Shown here: positions 46,966-57,296 of the stretch, in pieces | Numbering within the stretch: the first letter of the stretch is position 1 | How the letters are laid out: each line of letters begins with the position of its first letter | Assembly (NCBI GenBank): GCA_035529595.1 | Contig: DATKWK010000017.1 | Location: forward strand, 116,970-180,969 | Direction of reading: 5' to 3' | Length of the DNA stretch: 64,000 nucleotides | Source of the DNA: Candidatus Bathyarchaeia archaeon | Lineage (GTDB): Bacteria; Patescibacteriota; Microgenomatia; PFEM01; JAFGMK01 | Program-made: the position numbers and the translations under genes | The notes under the pieces: model-generated | Told to the model about the DNA's origin: nothing | What the model saw: only the letters and a program-made list of their open reading frames with translations | Database searches by the model: none

Positions 46966-49122
46966 TTAAATCTGGTAGATTTCGTAAATTTTAGTATTGC
47001 CCGAGCTAAAGATTACCTTCCCAAGAGAACTAAGGACTTCTTCACTTAAGTCAGGATAAGCTTCTTTTTCCAAAGTGCCGACGAAAATATATCTGACTTG
47101 ATATTTTTGCAGTAGTTCTTTGACTTCTTCCAGATTTTGAGAAGTGTAGATTTTTTTCACCTCTTCGGTTCTGGCGGCGGAAATATCGAAGGTTCCCCGC
47201 CACAGCCACTCGTGAACACGCCAGCCTAAGATAGTTGGCAGACCGGTATTGGCACTAACCCGGGCGTAGTCAGTATAGCTTTCTCCAACAGCTTCAACGA
47301 TAACCGGGTCGTCCTTCACATTTTCATTAAGCCAGGTAATCGCCTGATAGTCGTTCGGGTAGGTAGCGGAGAGATATTTCGTACCGTCCAGACCGCGAGA
47401 GGTTTTTAGATCGCCGTAGTAAGATCTGATAGCAAACCGGGGATAGGATATAATTACCGCTGCTCCGGCGGCAAATAAAAAGAAGAAAGCTTTTTTAAAT
47501 CCTTTATTCGCCGAGCCGGTTAAGATTCTGACGAAAATATAACCGCTTAATAAGTAAAATACAACAAAGGCTTGATAAGTAAGCTTAAACATGGTATTGG
47601 CTCGCTGGTGGTTATGAGCGTAGATATCTTTAACGCGCAAGATTTCGGGAAAAGCAATTAAAAGCCAGGAGACGATAATCAGTGTCAGAACCAAATAATC
47701 CGCCGGCTCAACCTTTTTATTTTTTCTGATTAGGGCAACGAAACAGATGGAATTAAAAAGAGGAAAACCCCAAAGAAATAAGAGCATCCATGGTGGTGAG
47801 TGAAAGTCTACCAGGGCAATTCCCTGAGCAATATTTTTAAAATTTAGGTGAAACGGTAAACTGGCAATAATACTGACCAGCACTAACCAAGAACAGAAAC
47901 CGACAGTATCTATCCAGACTTTTTCCCGTTTGCCGGTCAAGTAATTAAAAGACAATATCGCTGCCCCGGCATAGAGGAGATAGATAGGATAATCCCAGGC
48001 ATTAGTCATAAAGGCAATCCCTAACATAAGGGCTAAAAAAGTAAGTAAGGGTAGCTGGTTTAAAGTTGTGTTGATAGTACTGGTAATCAGCGATAAATAA
48101 GGAATTTGCCCCAGTTCATCTTTCAGAACAGAAACGATCTTTTTGCCGATTTTTTGCAATTTTTCTCCAGCTTTAGCCGGTTGTTTATTTTCTTCGCTAA
48201 ATTGATAGAGGCGCTGGAGTAGAGTAATAATTAAGGCAATCATCAAAAGAGCAGTCGGAAGATTAAGGAAATGTCCATGCAGATCAGAAACTACTAAGCT
48301 GTAGCTGGGAAATTCGTGGATAGTGTTATCGGCAGCGCCGAATTTGTCGACAATAAATCTGGTAGCGTCGGGATACCAATAGGTCTTAAGGGTTTTTTCC
48401 GTAAACCAGTGATAAAGAATCTGCCAATTACCGCCGAAGGTAAGCATGAAAGCGGAAAGCAGGCCGCCTATTAATAAGGGCAAGTGGGTTTTTTTCTTTC
48501 CCTGGGACCATTTAATTAAGTTCGAGGTAATCGAGAAACCAGCTGAAAGAGCTTGACCACAGATAGTCGCCAGCATGAGATTATAGGTAATGGCTGAAGC
48601 AATTCCGGAAATCCGGGTTAAAAGGGCGGTTTGGTAGTGGCCGAAGTAATAGTAATTGATGGAATTACCGGCTAACCACATATCATTGGGAGGAAAGAAG
48701 CGGCTTCGTAGAATGGCATTAACAAATCCAAAGTCCATGAATTTTTCCAGACCATTAATGTCAGGTTGAAAAGACCGGATGTGAGCCCAGAAGAAAAGAC
48801 CGAAAACAAAGAGACATTCTTCAAAAATAATTACTCGCCAACCCTTAATAAATTCTACTAAAAGCTGTTTCCGGCGTTTGATTAAATAGAGATTTAAAAG
48901 AATAATTAATGCGATTGAGAGGGAGATTGAAATTCGGGTGAAAGGCAATAGCTTTAAAATTGCCAATAACCAAACTAAATAAGAAACAAGTACCAGGGAG
49001 ATAATTTTGGCAAAAGCATATCCCCGATCGTAAAATTTAACAAACAGTGTCCAAGTTAAAGGAAGGTTGATTAAACCGAGGACAAAGATTATCAACCACC
49101 AATAAAAAGTCGGATTAAGCAT
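46966..49122 (-). CDS. DUF2298 (YYY-motif) membrane protein, putative GT-C
   Basis: EKFMD, INYYYFG, TIHEFP, DLHGH, NTMFK, GWRVHEWLWR. Confidence 0.88.
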   Translation of the reverse strand: MLNPTFYWWLIIFVLGLINLPLTWTLFVKFYDRGYAFAKIISLVLVSYLVWLLAILKLLPFTRISISLSIALIILLNLYLIKRRKQLLVEFIKGWRVIIFEECLFVFGLFFWAHIRSFQPDINGLEKFMDFGFVNAILRSRFFPPNDMWLAGNSINYYYFGHYQTALLTRISGIASAITYNLMLATICGQALSAGFSITSNLIKWSQGKKKTHLPLLIGGLLSAFMLTFGGNWQILYHWFTEKTLKTYWYPDATRFIVDKFGAADNTIHEFPSYSLVVSDLHGHFLNLPTALLMIALIITLLQRLYQFSEENKQPAKAGEKLQKIGKKIVSVLKDELGQIPYLSLITSTINTTLNQLPLLTFLALMLGIAFMTNAWDYPIYLLYAGAAILSFNYLTGKREKVWIDTVGFCSWLVLVSIIASLPFHLNFKNIAQGIALVDFHSPPWMLLFLWGFPLFNSICFVALIRKNKKVEPADYLVLTLIIVSWLLIAFPEILRVKDIYAHNHQRANTMFKLTYQAFVVFYLLSGYIFVRILTGSANKGFKKAFFFLFAAGAAVIISYPRFAIRSYYGDLKTSRGLDGTKYLSATYPNDYQAITWLNENVKDDPVIVEAVGESYTDYARVSANTGLPTILGWRVHEWLWRGTFDISAARTEEVKKIYTSQNLEEVKELLQKYQVRYIFVGTLEKEAYPDLSEEVLSSLGKVIFSSGNTKIYEIYQI

Positions 49123-49223
49123 TTAAGAATATCCCCTTTTTTACTTTACTACATCACAATTTTAATTTAAAGAAAACCGATGAATATTTAAGATTCGCTC
49201 TTTATCAATTATAATAACAAAAA

Positions 49224-49364
49224 GTGACAGTTCAAACTACTGGTACAGATAGCCTCAAGACAATGGGGTGAGATCACCAACAGATACTGACGTAAGTCAT
49301 GCAGGCTGGCTTGGCGTTACGGGCGGGAAGACACCCCGAGGATGGAAGGATTTTGAACTATTAC
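49224..49364 (+). ncRNA. Candidate structured leader or ncRNA
   Basis: TATAAT at 49210-49215; closing stem GTGACAGTTCAAA/TTTGAACTATTAC; inner stems including TGAC-GTAA-GTCA. Confidence 0.4.
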
Positions 49365-49388
49365 AGCAAAAACAGGAGCTTTGAAAAA

Positions 49389-51050
49389 ATGAAGCAGCAG
49401 AAAAAAATACGCCTCGGTTTTGATCTAGATGGAATAATTGTTGATAAACCTCCGTTAGTTCCAAAAAAAATGATCGAAAGGTTGTTTAAGGGGTCTAAAG
49501 AAAGTCTTTCCTATCGTTTTCCCAAGTCCAAACTAGAACAATTCATCCGTAAGCTTTCCCACTTTTATCTTTTCCGGCCGGCTATTAGAAGAAATATCGT
49601 TTTAATTAGAAATCTTAAGCAACTCAAGAACTACCAGGTTTTCCTTATTTCCTCTCGTTATTCTTTTTTAGCTAAAGAGACAAAATTATGGCTGAAAAAA
49701 AGAAGAATAGCAAATATTTTTAAAGAGATTTATCTCAATACTGAAAACGAGGCGCCGCATCTTTTTAAAGAAAAAATGATCAATAAGTTGAGAATTAACT
49801 ATTTTTTTGAAGATGACCATGACATCGTCAATTATTTAAGAAAGAAGCTGCAAAAAACAGAAGTTCTTTTAGTTGGTCAAAACAGTGAGGGCATGATTGA
49901 AAAGTACATCCGTATCCCAAAGTTAAGAATGCTATTCCTCTTAACCTATTATTACCCTTATTGGACAGGTTTGACTGCTTATGCCCAAAGAACAGCCGAA
50001 GGCTTAGTTGCCAGAGATCATCAAGTTACTGTTTTAACTTCCCGTCATCAGAAAGAATTGCCTTTTTGGGAGACTTTCCGCCACGTAAAGATAATCAGGC
50101 TTAAACCTCTTTTTAGAGTTAGTCGCTCGTTTTTTATTCCTTCGCTTCTTCCGAAGCTGTGGCGTCAATTGAATGAAATTGATGTGCTGATTATCTATTT
50201 ACCTTTTGCCGAAGTTTTACCTGCTGTAATTTTAGCCAAAATTAGAAGAAAAAAAGTATTTTTGATTCATAACGGTGATTTGCTTCTCCCCCGAGGGTTT
50301 TTGAATCGTATTATTGAGAAAACCTATCTTTGGCTGACCAAAATAGCTATCCCCCTGGCTGATAAAACAGTTGTTCAAACTTGGGACTTCGCCTCTCACT
50401 CTCCACTTTTGTCTAAAGTTAAACCAAAACTAATTCAAATTTATCCTCCTGCAGAAATCTTAAAACCCAATCCTCAGGATGTGGCTAATTGGCAAAAAGA
50501 ATTAAATCTTAAAGATAAAAAAGTCATTGGTCTTGTTGGCCGTTTCGTTAAAGAGAAGGGTTTTGACTATTTATTTAAGGCTATACCTTTGATTCTGAAA
50601 ACTTTTCCCCAGGCGGTTATTCTTTTTGCTGGACCGCGGCAAATGGCTTATGAAAATTTTTATCGAGAATGTATTCCTTATATAAAAAAATATCGGGATA
50701 AAGTGATTTTTACAGGCTTGATTCTTGATCGTCAGAAAATGGCTAACTTCTATAAGCTTTTAGATGTTTTTGTTATTTCTTCGCGCCAAGATTGTTTTCC
50801 AGCTACTCAGGTTGAAGCTATGATTTGTCAAGTACCTGTTGTTGCTACCAACATTCCTGGAACAAGAGAGGCCATTAAAAAAACAGGCATGGGTCTTTTA
50901 GTAAAACCGAACTCTCCCAAAGCTCTCGCTAAAGGAATAATTAAGGTTCTTAGAAATCCCACAAAATATATTAAACCGATAAGTAAAAATGAAATTTTTG
51001 ATTCCCAAGAAGCCATAGTTAAATACGAAAGGCTATTTCGGGATGATTAG
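49389..51050 (+). CDS. HAD-like phosphatase / GT4 glycosyltransferase fusion
   Basis: N-terminal GFDLDG...FFEDD; C-terminal VGRF..EKG, DVFV.SS..DCFP..QVEAM..VPVVAT. Confidence 0.85.
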   Translation: MKQQKKIRLGFDLDGIIVDKPPLVPKKMIERLFKGSKESLSYRFPKSKLEQFIRKLSHFYLFRPAIRRNIVLIRNLKQLKNYQVFLISSRYSFLAKETKLWLKKRRIANIFKEIYLNTENEAPHLFKEKMINKLRINYFFEDDHDIVNYLRKKLQKTEVLLVGQNSEGMIEKYIRIPKLRMLFLLTYYYPYWTGLTAYAQRTAEGLVARDHQVTVLTSRHQKELPFWETFRHVKIIRLKPLFRVSRSFFIPSLLPKLWRQLNEIDVLIIYLPFAEVLPAVILAKIRRKKVFLIHNGDLLLPRGFLNRIIEKTYLWLTKIAIPLADKTVVQTWDFASHSPLLSKVKPKLIQIYPPAEILKPNPQDVANWQKELNLKDKKVIGLVGRFVKEKGFDYLFKAIPLILKTFPQAVILFAGPRQMAYENFYRECIPYIKKYRDKVIFTGLILDRQKMANFYKLLDVFVISSRQDCFPATQVEAMICQVPVVATNIPGTREAIKKTGMGLLVKPNSPKALAKGIIKVLRNPTKYIKPISKNEIFDSQEAIVKYERLFRDD

Positions 51051-52743
51051 TAACAAATTCTTTTTTTCCAAAATCAGTCTTTTAGCTATAGCTATAATTT
51101 GTTGCTCTGTTTCTATATTTATTTACGCTTCAGATAATAAGTTGGTTTTTTACCGGTTAACTTTCTTTCTTTGGATAGCTAGCCTTCTTCTGATATTTTT
51201 TTTTGTTGTCTTTTCTTCTCACCGTCAGTCTATTTCCTATAAAAAGTCCCCAAAAGAGGTCCTTTTTCTCTTTATCTTGATTCTTTTTTCTGGCTTTATT
51301 AGGTTTTATCGACTCACTGAAATTCCTCTTCTTAGTGGCGATGAAGTTCGAGATGCTGGTTTTTTACCAGAAGCTTTTTTAAGAGGGGAGATAAAAGATC
51401 TTTTCGGTCACGGAATTTACGGGATTCCCAATCTCTTTTTTGCTCTAGCCTCAATTCCTCATCTTTTATTTGGCCATTCAGTTTTGTCAATTAGATTCTT
51501 TGCGGCTTTCTTTGGTGTTCTAGCAGTAGTTTTGACCTATTTTCTAGGTAAAGAACTTTTTAATTCCCAAGTTGGTAAAATTGCTTCTATCTTAATGGTT
51601 ACCTATCATGTTCATGTTCATTTTAGTCGCAGTGAATTTATCAATAATTTAGATTCCTTTTGGGCTCCCCTAGTGGCAATTTTGCTTTTGAAAACGTTTA
51701 GCAATCCATCTGCTTCTCTAATCTTTGGCCTCTTTTTAGGACTGGGCTTTCATCTTTATCAAGGAATTAGAGCCTTTTTGATTTACTCATTCATCTATTT
51801 TATATTTTGGACTGTTAATAATTGCTACCGGAACACTAGACGGTTTTTGGTTAGATTCGGTTATTTATTATCCGGAATAATTTTAGGTTTAGGACCTTCA
51901 GTTGTGGTTATTCTGAAGAGACCTAAGGAATTCTTTAATACAGGCACTGCTGGAGGGTTACTACCATTTCAGATAGGGATCCAAGATTTTCTGTCGGTTT
52001 TTCCTGAGCGTCTTTTGAATTCTTTTGGTGCGCTAATTCGTTATCCTATTGATTTTCATTATCGTTATGGCGGTCCCTTTTTAGAAGCCCCTCTTAACTT
52101 ATTTTTTTTGGTCGGTTTTCTTGTTTGCTTCCAGAAGCTGTCAAAGAAAGAATATAACTTCATAATTTTTTGGCTTTTCTTTGTAATTCTTATTAATAGT
52201 ACTTTTCTTAGAGGTATGAATTTTACCCATCGGCTTCTCAGTCTGGTTCCAGCCATTATGCTTACAGTTTCTTTGGGAATAATCCGCTTTGCGACTTTCT
52301 TTAATAAGCAACCCAGGCTCTATCGGGTGTTCTTGGTTTTAGTAATGGTAATTTCTCTTTTTTATAACCTGAAAAGATATTTTTACGACTTGGTTTGGAG
52401 AAATGCCTACGATTCCAATACTAAAGTGAGTACCACTGCTGGTTTTTTCACTGCTGAATTACCTGCTCAAACAAAGATATTTTTTTTAAACTCTCCTCGA
52501 ATGAGCTGGGAAAGTTGTCCTAGCTGGAAATATCTTGCGCCTCACGCCTATATAGAGGATTTGACAGAAGAAAATTTTACCTCGGTTTTAGCCTCTTTGT
52601 CACCAGACAGTCGTCTGGTATTTATCGCCCTCCCTGAAAGGATTAATGATCTAGAAAAGATAGAGAAACTTTGGCCGCTGGGGATTAAGAAAAAAAAGTC
52701 GTATGGAGGAGAATTGCTTTTTGTCAGCTACAAGCTTAATTGA
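51043..52743 (+). CDS. GT-C (GT39/PMT-like) glycosyltransferase
   Basis: RFYRL..GDE; HVHFSR; many TM helices. Confidence 0.8.
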   Translation: MISNKFFFSKISLLAIAIICCSVSIFIYASDNKLVFYRLTFFLWIASLLLIFFFVVFSSHRQSISYKKSPKEVLFLFILILFSGFIRFYRLTEIPLLSGDEVRDAGFLPEAFLRGEIKDLFGHGIYGIPNLFFALASIPHLLFGHSVLSIRFFAAFFGVLAVVLTYFLGKELFNSQVGKIASILMVTYHVHVHFSRSEFINNLDSFWAPLVAILLLKTFSNPSASLIFGLFLGLGFHLYQGIRAFLIYSFIYFIFWTVNNCYRNTRRFLVRFGYLLSGIILGLGPSVVVILKRPKEFFNTGTAGGLLPFQIGIQDFLSVFPERLLNSFGALIRYPIDFHYRYGGPFLEAPLNLFFLVGFLVCFQKLSKKEYNFIIFWLFFVILINSTFLRGMNFTHRLLSLVPAIMLTVSLGIIRFATFFNKQPRLYRVFLVLVMVISLFYNLKRYFYDLVWRNAYDSNTKVSTTAGFFTAELPAQTKIFFLNSPRMSWESCPSWKYLAPHAYIEDLTEENFTSVLASLSPDSRLVFIALPERINDLEKIEKLWPLGIKKKKSYGGELLFVSYKLN

Positions 52744-53825
52744 TTTGGCGAACCAAAGATTTTTAAAGTTAGTAAACTATTGATAATACTCTGATAAGCT
52801 TCACAGGGTGTCCAGCAATTAGGACAGTATCCGGCCTTAATTAATTTTCGGGTTTTTAAAATTTCTTGTTTTCTTTTTGTAGAGAACCTTTTTAAATCTA
52901 GATTAAAGTCTCGAATGTTACCAAGAATTCTATTCCACATAAAGCAGGGTGTAATATTTCCCTTTGCGTCGATTGCTATCGAGCTTTCTAAAGCAATACA
53001 AGTCAATGGTTGTATCCGTGGTTTCCGGTAAAATTCGGAAATCCGTTCCAGATATATTCTTTCGACAAGATCAATAACTGAGCTTATTTTCAAATTTTTT
53101 TTGATTATGTCGATGACCCTGTTTAGGGTTTTACTGTCGTGATTAAGTCCGGTAAAACTCTTGTTGTCTTCTAGATTTTGATATAAATAACCTTTATGGG
53201 CAATTGTCACTGTTATTTTATGTCCTTCAGTAGTCAGTTTTCTAAAAAAACTTTCCAAATATTTTAAGTTATATTTAGAAATAGTTGTTTCAAGATTCAC
53301 TGCTAAGCGAGGTTCCTTTCCAGAAAGAGCTAGGATATTTTGATAAGTCGACCAGGTTTTCTTGTAAGCTCCAGAAATTCCGCGTATTTTGTCATGGATT
53401 TTTTCGGGGCCGTCGAGAGAAAAATTAATAAAGAGATTAGCTAAAGGTAAGCTTAGGATTTCCTGAACCTTTTTAATTACCGTATCTTGCAGTAAACCAT
53501 TAGTGGGAATGCTGATCAGAGAGAGGGAAGGAAGATTTTGCAATGCAATATTACAGATTTCAACTAAATCTTTCCTTAAAAAAGGTTCGCCACCGGAAAG
53601 GCTTAGCCAAACAAAGGATTTTGGAGCACTGATAAATATCTTCTCGATTTCACGAAGACTGAGATCTTTTTTTTGCAGATTAGAGTTGCTGTTGTATCCA
53701 CGCCAAACATTACAAGTTTTACAGCGGGAATTACAGGCAGAAGTAACGGCGAAATTTAATTTATAGGGATGTTTCTTTAGTTTGGAAACAATGATCGACC
53801 TAATAATTCCTGTTTTTTTTCTCAT
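52728..53825 (-). CDS. Radical SAM / SPASM-twitch protein
   Basis: CNSRCKTC, SGGEP, SLDG, C-terminal C..PC..CPNCWTPC. Confidence 0.92.
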   Translation of the reverse strand: MRKKTGIIRSIIVSKLKKHPYKLNFAVTSACNSRCKTCNVWRGYNSNSNLQKKDLSLREIEKIFISAPKSFVWLSLSGGEPFLRKDLVEICNIALQNLPSLSLISIPTNGLLQDTVIKKVQEILSLPLANLFINFSLDGPEKIHDKIRGISGAYKKTWSTYQNILALSGKEPRLAVNLETTISKYNLKYLESFFRKLTTEGHKITVTIAHKGYLYQNLEDNKSFTGLNHDSKTLNRVIDIIKKNLKISSVIDLVERIYLERISEFYRKPRIQPLTCIALESSIAIDAKGNITPCFMWNRILGNIRDFNLDLKRFSTKRKQEILKTRKLIKAGYCPNCWTPCEAYQSIINSLLTLKIFGSPNQLSL

Positions 53826-55534
53826 TGTTTTCTGGCAAAGATTATTACTTTCGGGTGGTCGTAAACCGTAAAAGATTCATCAGCATCCTGGTCCGGAAAA
53901 CAAAAAAGCGGTTTTCCCACAGGTGGAAAGCAGGGATAAGAAACAAATTCAGCTACCCTTATAAAATCTAGTTTTTCCTCAAATAATTCTTGATAGTATT
54001 TACTAGTTTGCGGATATATCTCCGGCAGTTTCGGTATTGAGCCTGATAATCGGTTGGAAGATAGAATAAGATAATCTGTCTTCTCAAGTATTTTATTAAT
54101 CTCTTTCCATTTTTCTTGATTTTCTTGATTGTAGAGAGGTAGTTGCTCTCCTTTATAGATACTGGCAGGGTTTCCCTTAAATGAAATTGGTAACCAATCG
54201 TCCCAATGTTCACCGGCTAAGAATGAGTCCGCGGGAATATTTTTATAGATCCAGTAAGAGGCAGTTATTCTCGAATGAGGGTGTAGATAGATCGACAAGA
54301 AAGAAAGGGGATAAATTAATACCAAGATTCCCAAAATCCATCGCCAAATAATTAGCTTCGAAGTGTTCCTTTGAAAAAAAGCTGCTGTCAGAATAGCTAA
54401 AAAAGGATAAATAGGGTAGAAATAACGCATTCCTTTAGCGAACTGAATTCCCTGATAAAAGAATGTTCCGGTAACGAAGGTTACTGTTAAAAAAAGGTTT
54501 ATGTCGCTTGTTCCAATCAGTTTCATCGATTTTTTTTGAACCAATTTTTTTATCTTTTTTACTATCCTAAGAGATTGTTCAATCAGGGCTAAAATAGCCA
54601 GCACTCCAAGGGGCAATCCTAAACCTCTGAGGATCAGATTTTTGAGGGGGAAAATAATCGGCTTAGTTTTGATCCACTGAATTGCAGGAGGAAAAAGTGA
54701 CTCCGGTCGGTTAAAAGAAGCAAGTTCTTTTAGATTATTAATGAACTGCTGATTCAGCGATAGGTCAAAAAAATTTCTGGAAGAAAATATTCGAGGATCG
54801 CCGATTCTTAAGAATAAATAGGTAAAGATAATAAAGATCAGTATAGAACTGGTAGCTTGAAGTGGTTTTCTTTCTTTAATAAGCATAAATATTAGTCCTA
54901 AGAGGATTGTTGCTATACCAAAGATAGCCGTAACTTTGGAGGCTAGCGCCAGTCCGATTACGACACCCATTAAGGCGGAAATGATAGCGTTGTTTTTGGG
55001 ATGATTGATGAGATGAAATAAAAGATAAAGTCCGAGAGTATTGCCAAAAACCAAAAAAGGTTCAACCGCAAAAAAATGGGCTAGTTGGATCGGTAGAACG
55101 CTTATGGCATAAAAAAATAAGGCCCAGAGGGCAATTTTGTTTCTTTGTCTGTCTTTTTCAAAAAGTTCACGACTGACAAAGAAAACCAGAATGAGAACAG
55201 CTGTTTCAAGCAGGGCGGAAATTGCCCGGCCAACTATAGTGAAGCGGTTGTAATCAGCCAGCTTAAAGGATTCAGCAACCAGTTTGACAAAATTTAAAGG
55301 AAAGGTGCCGTAAACAAAGAAGTTATAATTATTGTTGTAGGGATTTAGAGAAGAGATAGACGGATCTAAATAATCACTAAAGCTTGCCGGAAATTTTATT
55401 TGCACGCCTACCATTGTTAAAAAGCGTTCGTCCGGATGTAAATGCTGGTTCTCGTCCCAATTAAGGTTAAGGGTCCTAATCGATAAACCAAGAAGAAGAA
55501 TAATAATGAAAGTCAGTTTCTCTTTACCGTTCAT
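53822..55534 (-). CDS. GT-C (GT39/PMT-like) glycosyltransferase
   Basis: HLHPDER, FVYGTFP, EHWDD, ESFTVYDHP. Confidence 0.82.
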   Translation of the reverse strand: MNGKEKLTFIIILLLGLSIRTLNLNWDENQHLHPDERFLTMVGVQIKFPASFSDYLDPSISSLNPYNNNYNFFVYGTFPLNFVKLVAESFKLADYNRFTIVGRAISALLETAVLILVFFVSRELFEKDRQRNKIALWALFFYAISVLPIQLAHFFAVEPFLVFGNTLGLYLLFHLINHPKNNAIISALMGVVIGLALASKVTAIFGIATILLGLIFMLIKERKPLQATSSILIFIIFTYLFLRIGDPRIFSSRNFFDLSLNQQFINNLKELASFNRPESLFPPAIQWIKTKPIIFPLKNLILRGLGLPLGVLAILALIEQSLRIVKKIKKLVQKKSMKLIGTSDINLFLTVTFVTGTFFYQGIQFAKGMRYFYPIYPFLAILTAAFFQRNTSKLIIWRWILGILVLIYPLSFLSIYLHPHSRITASYWIYKNIPADSFLAGEHWDDWLPISFKGNPASIYKGEQLPLYNQENQEKWKEINKILEKTDYLILSSNRLSGSIPKLPEIYPQTSKYYQELFEEKLDFIRVAEFVSYPCFPPVGKPLFCFPDQDADESFTVYDHPKVIIFARKQ

Positions 55535-55554
55535 AATGGTCTCCGAAATTTCAA

Positions 55555-57288
55555 TTATTTTATAAAATTAATATTTAGGCAGAGATTAAGTAAATCCTTA
55601 TATTTCTTTTCTGAGTAGAAGAGGGTTTTTTTATATAGCCGGATAACCGGGTGGTCAAAAACCGACCAGGTTTCTTCGGCTAATTCGTCAGGAATTTCCC
55701 ATTTCCAGTCGTACATATCAATTGATGGGTAGGAGGTAAATTCTTTAATTTTAGCATATCCTAACCGGTCGGAAAAAAGAAGTCGGTAGTAACAAGCTAC
55801 TTTCGGGTATTGGCCAGCCGGATGGTCGGCAAAAATTCGCCTTGAGGGAATTAAAAGATACTGACTGTCGGCTAAAGTGTCAAACAGCTTATCAAAGAGA
55901 ACTTTTTCCTGGTCAAGATTGTAAAAATCAAGATTAACAACGCGGAAATTCCCCTTCAGGGGAATATCAACCACGTTGCCACCCTCACTTAAGATTTTGC
56001 TTTCCGGAGGAAGATTATCTCTCATCCATTCCGAGGCTGTAATTCTAATATCCGGTTGAAGATAAATTGAAAAAAAAGCCAGACCGTAGATAAAGCTGAC
56101 GGTAATTAGCAAGATAATAAATGCATTTCGGAAAATTATAATTTTTTTGGATTGATATCGTGCAGAGTCGCTTTGCTGCCTAAATTTAACTTGAATCCTA
56201 TTCTCAAAAAATTCAATTATTTCCAAGGAGAATATAACAAAAAAGGGTAATAGGGGCGTGACAAATCTGGTCCATTTGGCAAATATCAGGCCGCTGGTAG
56301 TAAAATAACTTGCAAAAGCCCAGATTAAAAGAATCTTTTCCGGTTGTTTTCTGATCCTTTTCCGGATGATGTTTATCAGGGTTAGAAATAACCCAAGAAG
56401 ACCGGTGATTTCCATAAATGGATTGAGACTAAAAGGAAAGATCTGAACAAGTTGAAAGATAACTGGCTGGGTATTAATAAATTGGCGGGTATAAAAAACC
56501 GGGATTTTGCCACGAGCGACGTTAATTTCATACTGAGCGACACGCCAAAACTCGGAAAAATCAAGCACCTGGTATGGTGAAGTGAGAAAAGAAACCAAAA
56601 AAGCCCCCAGCAGAGATATGCTTAATAAGAGAAAAAGCTTTTTCTGCCGCCAAATTTTCTTTAAGGAGAAATTTGCCTCAAGTAAAGCGATAAAAGGGAA
56701 ACTAAAAAAGACTAAAGCATTAAGCTTAGTGGAAAGCCCGATCCCCAAGATGATGGCTAAGAATAAAAATATTTTTTTATTGGGTGTTTTTTTAAGCAGT
56801 TCAAGCGAATGGTAAAGAGTGGTAAAAAAAAGCAGAGTCAGGACTGATTCAGTTGTTCCGAAATGGCTTGCCTGGATTAATCCCGGGATAAAACTGGTCA
56901 GAATGGCAGCTAAAAGCCCGTATTGTTTATTAAAAACCCTTTGACCGATCAGATAAACTACCCAAATAGTTAATGTCGAGGCAAACGCTGCCCATAGACG
57001 AAGGCTGCTGATTGCTTCCGGGAAAGACACCGGACTTAAGGAAAAGTGATTGATCAAATTCGGTAGTTGTTTGGTCAGATAAACCCAATAAATTGGAAAA
57101 TGCCCATAGGCAAAAAAATGAGGATGAAAATCCGGCGGTTTGAGTTGGCTGATGCTGCTGGCAATGTTATTCTCATCCGGGTGAAAAAATAAACCCTCGC
57201 CCCAATCTAGGCGATAGAAGCGAAAAAAAGCACCTAAAAGAAGCGTCACAAATAGAGCTGTCTTGTGAAATCTGTCTTTTTTACTCAT
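55555..57288 (-). CDS. GT-C (GT39/PMT-like) glycosyltransferase
   Basis: FFHPDE, FFAYG, ETWSVFDHP; paralogous to the neighbouring gene. Confidence 0.82.
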   Translation of the reverse strand: MSKKDRFHKTALFVTLLLGAFFRFYRLDWGEGLFFHPDENNIASSISQLKPPDFHPHFFAYGHFPIYWVYLTKQLPNLINHFSLSPVSFPEAISSLRLWAAFASTLTIWVVYLIGQRVFNKQYGLLAAILTSFIPGLIQASHFGTTESVLTLLFFTTLYHSLELLKKTPNKKIFLFLAIILGIGLSTKLNALVFFSFPFIALLEANFSLKKIWRQKKLFLLLSISLLGAFLVSFLTSPYQVLDFSEFWRVAQYEINVARGKIPVFYTRQFINTQPVIFQLVQIFPFSLNPFMEITGLLGLFLTLINIIRKRIRKQPEKILLIWAFASYFTTSGLIFAKWTRFVTPLLPFFVIFSLEIIEFFENRIQVKFRQQSDSARYQSKKIIIFRNAFIILLITVSFIYGLAFFSIYLQPDIRITASEWMRDNLPPESKILSEGGNVVDIPLKGNFRVVNLDFYNLDQEKVLFDKLFDTLADSQYLLIPSRRIFADHPAGQYPKVACYYRLLFSDRLGYAKIKEFTSYPSIDMYDWKWEIPDELAEETWSVFDHPVIRLYKKTLFYSEKKYKDLLNLCLNINFIK

Positions 57289-57296
57289 TCTTATGC

